The translations under genes were made by a program, and so were the position numbers. From positions 25,668,001 to 25,732,000 of the forward strand of contig NC_083420.1 in assembly GCF_020745735.1 (NCBI RefSeq): a stretch of 64,000 bases of DNA, in the 5' to 3' direction. Every line of letters starts with the position of its first letter. Within the stretch, counting starts at the first letter, position 1. This document shows positions 42,841 through 64,000 of the stretch, piece after piece. The notes beneath the pieces were generated by a model. It was not told the origin of the DNA and made no database searches. It saw only the letters and a list, made by a program, of their open reading frames with translations. The stretch comes from Hemiscyllium ocellatum (taxonomy: Eukaryota).

Positions 42841-44228
42841 AAAGTTAAAAATCACACAACACAAGGTTATAGTCCAACAGGTTTATTTGGAAGTACTAGT
42901 TTTCCAAGCGCTGCTCCTTCATCAGGTAGCTGTGTCATAAGACACAGAGTTTATAGCAAAAGTTCGTAGTGTCATGCTAATGGTATGATATATTGAACAA
43001 ACCTAGGTTGCTGTTAAGTCTTTCATCTTTTAGAATGGGTTGCAAGTTTCAGTTAATTGATATGTAAATCACAGAACTTCTTTCAAGTCACATTCTCAAG
43101 ATAACTTAAGGATTTATATTTAAAAAAAGGTGGCATCTCAGCTTAGTGGGTTAGAGTCTATCTATGTCCCAATCTTGAGTCAGACTGGTTCTATTTCCAA
43201 AGTAGGAATTTATAACATGCTATATGGATTGACTGCCTGCAGACTGTGTGCTTTTTGAACAAAATAGAATGTATCTGCAAGTACAATTCTGAAAGTGGAA
43301 ATTCACCCCATAGACTTATATGTGTGTGTGCGTGCATGTGAGAGGAAGAGAGAGAGAGTGTGAGTGTGTGTGTGTTTATGGTGAGTGGGAGTGTGTGTGC
43401 ATGCTTGGTTGAGTGTGTGCATGAGTGTGACGGAGTATAAGTCTGTGAGAGGGTGTGTGGGTGGGTGTGAGTATGGGGGATGTACGTGTGTGCCTGAGAG
43501 AGGGTCTGCATGAGTGTGTGAGTATGTAAGAGTGTGTGTATGTTTGTTTGTGTGTGTGTGTGTGTGTGTGAGAGTGTAAATGGTGGGGTCACACCAAATG
43601 GTGTGACATACACCCACGCAGACACACTCTCAGAGACCTTTACTCTGTCACGCTCACACACACCTAACCAAGCATGCACACATGCATACACACTCTCACA
43701 TGCATGCGTACACATATATAAGTCTATGGAATGAATTTGCGTTTTCAGAATTGTGATTGCAGATACATTCTATCTTGTTCAAAAAGCATACAATCTGCAG
43801 GCAGTCATTGCAGACAGTCAATCCATATAACATGTTATAAATTCCTACTTTGGAAATAGAACCAGTCTGACTCAAGATTGGGATACAGACAGACTCTAAT
43901 CTCACACCTTTAATGCATTGTCTGAGCTGAGATGTCACTTTTTTTTGTAAGACTTTAAATTGGCTGGAGAATGTGACTTGACAGAAGTTCTGGGATTTAC
44001 ATATTAATGAATCAAAACCTGCAACGCCTTCTAAAAGATGAAAGATTTACCAGCAATCTAGATTTGTTCTACATATGGTATCAGTTGTTTGACGCTGTGA
44101 TCTTTTGTTATAAGATCGTGTTCCACAGCAGCGCTCTGAAAGCTAGTGCTTCCAAATAAACCTGTTGGACTATAACCCGGTGTTGTGTGATTTTTAACGT
44201 TGTCCACCCCACTCCAATTCCAGCACCT
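42841..44228. mobile_element. 1.4-kb non-coding fold-back element of family B with GT/CA-rich centre
   Basis: ~42841-43320 is the diverged reverse complement of ~43720-44200. Termini match 2712-2894, and the tail is only on the right. The minus strand has CTGATGA-AGGAGCAGCGCTTG-GAAA-ACTA at ~42897-42925. Confidence 0.8.
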
Positions 44229-44449
44229 CTACTTCACGTTTTTAAATGCGAGTTTGGTCACTCCCTTCACAACATGTATCACGAATTCGAAAACTGGGCA
44301 GTGGCGAACCCGGGTTCACTATGCAGTGTACAGCAGAAGCCAGGCCTAGGGTTGCTGTTAGCTTTCGAATTTGTTAGCTTTGGCGTTGATCGCACAACTT
44401 AATGGATAGAATATCACTCGAGCTCCCTTTGAAACTGAGATGCTACTAA

Positions 44450-46272
44450 TTGCGGAGTCGAGTGATGTAATGACTGAGATGGAAGTGAGCCAGCAATGCA
44501 TCCTGATTGGAGCATTGTGGAGAGGGGAACACCAACATACGCTAACTTGTATGACACTGCATGAGGGACTGCAGGGGCAGCTCACCCAGGTGCCCTGCTT
44601 GTTAGTGGTTGCACAAAAGGAACCCCTTGAGATCAAGGCGAGTTAGGTTAATATCTCAGCTTCACCAGGCAATAAGCACCCATTTCGAGCAGAGAATGTG
44701 TTCAGAGGATCCACGTCCATTTGTGGTTCCTCGCGGTTCAGGGCAGACCCAGCTACTGCCGGCGCTGCCTCGGTGTGTTCAGATTGAAGCAGCCCTGCCA
44801 ACCGATAGTTACTGGAACCAAGAGTAACTCTGCACATTTTGGATCGAGGAGACCACGTGAAATTAACCATGTAAGTACTGGAACTGAGCGAGAGAAATTA
44901 AGACTGGGATAACTTCCGGACTAAGCACTGTACCTGTGGATGGATAGGAATGGGGAGATCTAATGACTTCCTCGCACTGTTAGAGTGCACAGCTCTCATG
45001 GTCTGAGGGAGAACTCTATGTTCTTGATGTTTAAGTGTTTAAAGTTAGAGTACTTGTAGACATTATTACATTTGTTGAATATCTGTATTTGGAATTGAAT
45101 TAAACCATGTTGTTATAGTTAACTTTTCGGATTACCATTGGACAGCTTTCAAATGTCTTAAGGTTTTGAGCTAAATGGAGAATCTCTGCCGTTCCCTGAC
45201 GGCTCCTCTCGTTTCTCCAGCGGAAATGCCGCCCCGTGCACCCACCGTTTCGGCTGAGATCACTCACCTGAATGGTTGTGGCTGGTTTCCCGGTCCTCAC
45301 TGCCGCGCTTTTCGGGTGTTCCAGGGCCCTGTGATGATCGCTATCGAGATAATTCACTAAAACAGTGCGGCTGCTTGTTGAGGAGAAAATAGAACTGACT
45401 GTCGCTGAAGTAACCCAGGTCATGTTGGGAAAGGAAGTGCAGGCAAAGTACCAGAGAGTGAGCAGTTTCCCCTGGAACTGCATCCCTGCAGCAAGGTAAC
45501 ACCTTCATTAGCAAAGAAATCAGTAGAAGAGACTCCTGTAGGTTCCCACAGAAATGCTTTGTGCAAATTTATGAACTGTCTCATGTTGGCTGGAATAAAT
45601 GTGAAGTGACCTGGAGGGTGGGATGTGTACAATAAGGAACAGATGGCGAAGAGGAACTGCACTTCTCCTGGGAGTCTGACACGTTCAATCATTAAAGACA
45701 AAAAGGAAACTGTTTGGCAAACACGTTTGGAGTGACGTTTCCATGGTGATGGGGCGGGGTGGGTAGGTCGGTTTGGGGAGTTTGGTCGTTGTAAGGATTA
45801 CCAAACGCGACTTCATGCCAACAGCGAAGCTCCCTTTGAAATAATACCCAGCCAAAGAGTATCGGCCATGCCCTGGGTAAGCGAGGTGCCTTTGTGTGGT
45901 GGAGCTGATGCATGCAACATTGTGAAAGCCTCGCATCCACAACTACAATCAATTAATCCGAGCAGCAGTCACTGTCGCTGTCGCAATTTGCGTTGGAAAT
46001 CTGCCTGGCTCTTTCTAGACTGACTTCAAATCACACTCGTCTGAATCCGAACCCTTTTCCTGGTGTTAGCGGAACAAGGGAACTATTTCAGAGGCGAATT
46101 CGGGACTGGCGAACATGTACTGTATTCTTCCTGACTTTGTACAAGGAACAACAGCCGACCTGGAGGAAGCGGCGAGATTGAAATGCCGTGACCATTTGTC
46201 TGTCGTTTCACAGAAGAGCAGCAGCCAGGCTCGGAAGTAATCTTTGAGACAGCTCGGCTTTTTATGGTAAGG
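44450..46272 (+). promoter_or_regulatory. Probable SEC14L5 promoter region with candidate non-coding first exons
   Basis: CpG-enriched unique sequence with an inverted CCAAT (GATTGG ~44505-44510), E-box CACGTG ~44854, and strong donors GTAAGT at 44871 and GTAAGG at 46267 upstream of the ATG exon. No transcript evidence. Confidence 0.4.
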
Positions 46273-46330
46273 AACCGGGCTCTGCGCTGGGCTTCGCGCC
46301 TTCTGTCCCGGTGCACTCAAGAGTTTCGTT

Positions 46331-46735
46331 TCACACACATAGACACACACTCTCACAGACACACACACACAGACATAGATACAGACACACAGATTCACAG
46401 ACACAGTCACATACACACTCACGGACACATTGACACAGACACGCGCAGTCACACTCAGACACACTTGCAGACATAGTCACACACTCACAGACACACAGTG
46501 ACACACACACACACAGTCACAGACACACAGTCACACACTCACAGACACATACACATACACACACAGACAGTCACACACACTCACAGATACTTACAGTCAC
46601 ATACACAGACACACACAGACACAGTCACACACAGTCACACACACTCACAGACACACACAGTCACATACACAGATAGACACAGACACACACAGTCTCTCTC
46701 ACACGCAGACACACACACAGTCACACAGACACATA
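46331..46735 (+). repeat. CA-rich degenerate microsatellite (CACAGA/CACAGT)
   Basis: Directly visible. Confidence 0.9.
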
Positions 46736-47443
46736 CTCCCTATCCGAGATTAGCTCATTTACCACCCAATATCAGTTTGCCTGAGGGCGGAGCTAATGGT
46801 CCAAATCAAGTAAAGACTCGCCGGCTGCTCTTATCCCCGGATACGGAGCAGGTTTTCGAAGTGAGCTCTGTCACCGATCGCAACTCCGTGTTACTTTGAA
46901 GTCGTTGATACATTTGTTTCAGCCAACATGAAGGGAGTTGAAGACCGAGATTCCAAGTGGAAACCATTTAGGACTTTTGGGGCCTTCGTAATGGGAAAGT
47001 AGTGAGACGGGAGTGTTTGGGGGACATTGGGACTCGAACTGAAGGCATGAAGAAAATGGGAATTTAGAACCAGAAAATGCTGGAAACACTCAGTGTGTCA
47101 GGCAGCATCAACAGACAGAGGAGCAGAGTAAACCTTTCAGCTCAATAGCCTCTGATCCCTCTGGGATATTGGAACAAACTTTCAAAGCATTTCGAGAGAT
47201 TGATGACCCGGAGAACTTGGTAAAGTTTGGTTCCCGTTCAGGTGAGGCCTGTGCGCTAGTGTTAAATGAGCCAAATCCACAGAATGAAGAGAACAAGATC
47301 TCTTACATGTAGCAACCCGCTGCCTCCGCTAAGGAATGTAGGTTGGCAATGCCGAGCTCTTCACACAAACAACTCCACGAACGATTCTTGGACTGAGGTC
47401 TTCGAGGCCGAGTTCTCTGTTTTACCCTCCTTTAGCTTGCTGC

Positions 47444-48125
47444 AGGTGTAGTTCCTGTCCAGGTGAGGGTCCTGTCCAGGTGAGGGTCCTGTCCAGGTGA
47501 GGGTCCTGTCTAGGTGAGGGTCCTGACCAGGGGAGGATCATGTCCAGGTGAGGGTCCTGTCTAAGTGAAGCTCCGGACCAGGTGAGGGTCCTGTCTAGGT
47601 GAGGTTCCTGACCGGGGAGGGTCCTGACCAGGGAAGTTCCTGACCAGAGGAGGGTCCTATCTAGGTGAGGGTCCTGTCAAGGTGAGGTTCTTGACCAGGT
47701 GAGGTTCCTGTTGAGGTGTGGTTCCTGATCGGGGAGGGTCCTGTCTAGGTGAGGTTCCTGACCAGGTGAGGTTCCTGACCAGGTGAGGGTCCTGTCTAGG
47801 TGAAGCTCTGAACCAGGTGAGGGTCCTGTCTAGGTGAGATTCCTGACCAGGTGATGGTCCTGACCAGGGAGGTTCCTGACCAGGGGAGGGTCCTGTCTAG
47901 GTGAGGCTCCTGACCGGGGAGGGTCCTGACCAGGGAGGTTCCTGACCAGGGGAGGGTCCTGTCTAGGTGAGGCTCCTGACCAGGGGAGGGTCCTGTCGAG
48001 GTGAGGTTCCTGACCAGGGGAGAGTCCTGTCTAGGTGAGGTTCCTGACCAGGGGAGGGTCCTGTCTAGGTGAGGGTCCTGACCAAGTGAGGGTCCTGACC
48101 AGGTGAGGTTCCAACCCAGGTAGAG
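47444..48125 (+). repeat. 17-bp minisatellite AGGTGAGG(G/T)TCCTG(TCT/ACC/TCC)
   Basis: About 40 tandem variant copies directly visible. Confidence 0.95.
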
Positions 48126-48864
48126 GGCCTGCTGAGGTGAAAGTTCTAATTCAGGTGAGGGCTTTGGTCAAGGGGAGATCCTGCCCAGAGGTCTCATTAG
48201 TGATTCCAATTCTAAAGAAAATAACAAACAATTTAATGGAAGACAAAATGTGGTTGAATTTTAGTATATTTAAAAGTCCAGGATTGGAGCCTTTGATTGA
48301 TTTTTTTTTGCAAATTTATCCTGGCTGCCATTCTGGGAAACAGTCCATGTTCCACAAAATTTAATTAAACGTAGGATGCAAAAAGACTGAAGTTATTCAC
48401 TGCGCGCAGCTGGTTGAATAAAAATCTACAAAAATATTTCCTACTCACTGTGCCCAAGGTCACGGGTTCAATTCTGGGGTGCCTGGCAACACATTTCAGG
48501 AGAAGACTTAAGACGATTTACATAAATGTTTTATTCTAAAGTTGGACTTTATTTTGCTGGGTTTAAAAGCTGATGATAATCCCTGTCTCTCTGCATCACC
48601 TCAGTGACTTGACAGTCCCCATATGTTGTCTTGGTGTCGCAGAGCTGACTGTAGCACCATAGATGCAATCTGCCCAGGTTTCTGTGTGATTCTGTATGCC
48701 TACCAGGATTAGCTTCATTTGCTTTAGTCTTGGGAAGAAAAGGAGCCAGCCAACTTGAAAGCAGCCATTTGATGTGTAAGAATATTAGTCAATGTAAGCA
48801 ATGGTGAATTTGACTCAGTCTATATTTATGTAGTGATGGATTTGTTTGAAATTGCAGAGAGAAG

Positions 48865-62521
<13,657 letters not shown>

Positions 62522-64000
62522 TGATAAGTGAGCAAAACTGATTCCCTTAGGTCTTGAAAATTTTGAGGTTGAGGACATGGGTGTTGCAATTAAAACATGA
62601 CCTCATAAGTATATTAAAACAGATAGTCAGTTTCCTGAACCATAACATCATTGATGATCATCCACACTAAGAATTACATTCTGCTCTTTAGATATTCCAG
62701 TGAGCTGTCAATCATCACCCACACATTATTTTCTTTTCAAACGCTTTGCAGCTGAGACCGGGATATTGTTTACGTGATTGCACTTTCCTAATCTGTTGTA
62801 TTAAAAATTCACTCTATTCCGTAAACCTTCCCCTTAATTGGTCTGTTCTCTTTGAATTCATTGCCTCTATAGTCAGCACCATACCATAGTGCCAGCAGTA
62901 AACTTTGTTATGTTATTAGAAGACATACTCTTGTAAAAAGCACAAACAACAAGTGATGCTGAACAGATTCCCAATTGTCATTGTCTCCTGAAAAAATCAT
63001 GCCTGTTTGCCAGAAACTTATGTTTTCTTAGACAAAATACATGCAGGACCTCCAGAATTTGTAGTGCATAGTTCCAGTGGGTACACTTTTAATCTAGGAA
63101 ATAAGTTCATTGTATTTGTAGCATCTGGAGATTTTTAAGAATGTAAGGTAACCTTATGGAAACATAGAAGTCCCCGAGGTGACTTAACTAGATATTTATT
63201 GAAAGAGTGTTAACAGGAACTAGGGAATTCAGTTTATAATTAGAGGGTTCTCCCACTTAGAATGGAGATAGGGAAATTTTCTTTCTCAGGAAGTCATCAG
63301 TCTTTGGAATTCTCTTCCCCACAGAGCAGTGGAGGCAGGATCATGGAATACTTTTAGGAGAGACAGATCTTGACTAAGAAGGGAGAAAAATGCAATCAGG
63401 GTTAGGGAGGAATGTGGTGTTGAAGTCACAATCAGATCAGACATGGTTTACTGAATGGTGGAGCAGGCAAGAGGAACTGAATGGCCCACTGCTGCTTTCA
63501 TTTTGTTTGTTTATATGTACATTGACTGCCACAATTCCTACACTGGGATAGTGAGCACTTTTCATAAATACTTTGTTGACTATGAATGGCATTTGGATGT
63601 CATGCAGTTATGAAAAGTTATTTAATTTTTGTTTATTTTCTACCATATCAAGTACACTGAAAAGAATGATTCTAGAGTATCTCATACACGTACATAGGTT
63701 TTGGCTCTGGACATATATATATAGGTAGCATGGCTTTGGACATTTAACATGGGTACAATGAATCCAGGAACTCTAGGATAACTCATGCATAGACAAAATG
63801 GATCCTGAATTGTGGTGACTGGGAAATACAATGTGTCCCGAACCTTCCTTAGAGCTAGAACCAAGATGTAGGAATGGCAGGATAAATGTATCTATTTATC
63901 CATGCTGTAATCATGGTGGAAGGGTCTTTTTTTGAGCCTAGATCAGGATAGCCTGACTATATTGAGGTTTACATCCATGTCCAGAAATAGTGTCGGAATG

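Noticed and set aside
43191-46899. His/Thr- and Val/Cys-rich ORFs
   Set aside because: Translations of CA/GT microsatellite-like tracts.
47444-48125. Possible CRISPR-like array
   Set aside because: Contiguous tandem units with no unique spacers, no cas genes, and a eukaryotic intron context.

Overview
Vertebrate genomic DNA, most likely from a cartilaginous fish (shark), inferred from HE1/V-SINE-like SINEs, DeuSINE-like remnants, CR1 LINEs and Penelope-like elements (PLEs). The genes are orthologues of a human 16p13.3 block. They are CORO7 first coding exon (-), a complete DNAJA3/Tid1 (+) with both the long and short alternative C-terminal exons, a complete HMOX2 (-) convergent with DNAJA3, and the first six coding exons of a SEC14L5-like gene (+). 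All exons were placed by hand on GT-AG sites with consistent phases. The most striking non-genic signal is a set of fold-back PLE insertions from three families that carry minimal hammerhead ribozyme motifs. The largest is a very young 2.7-kb copy in DNAJA3 intron 5 with ~1210-bp near-perfect inverted arms, a 15-bp TSD and a 36-nt one-sided tail. There are also ~210-bp mini fold-backs, a 39-bp tail-only footprint, and two ~80-bp inserts whose 5' ends fall on the predicted ribozyme cleavage site. Family and species names come from recognition, not database searches.
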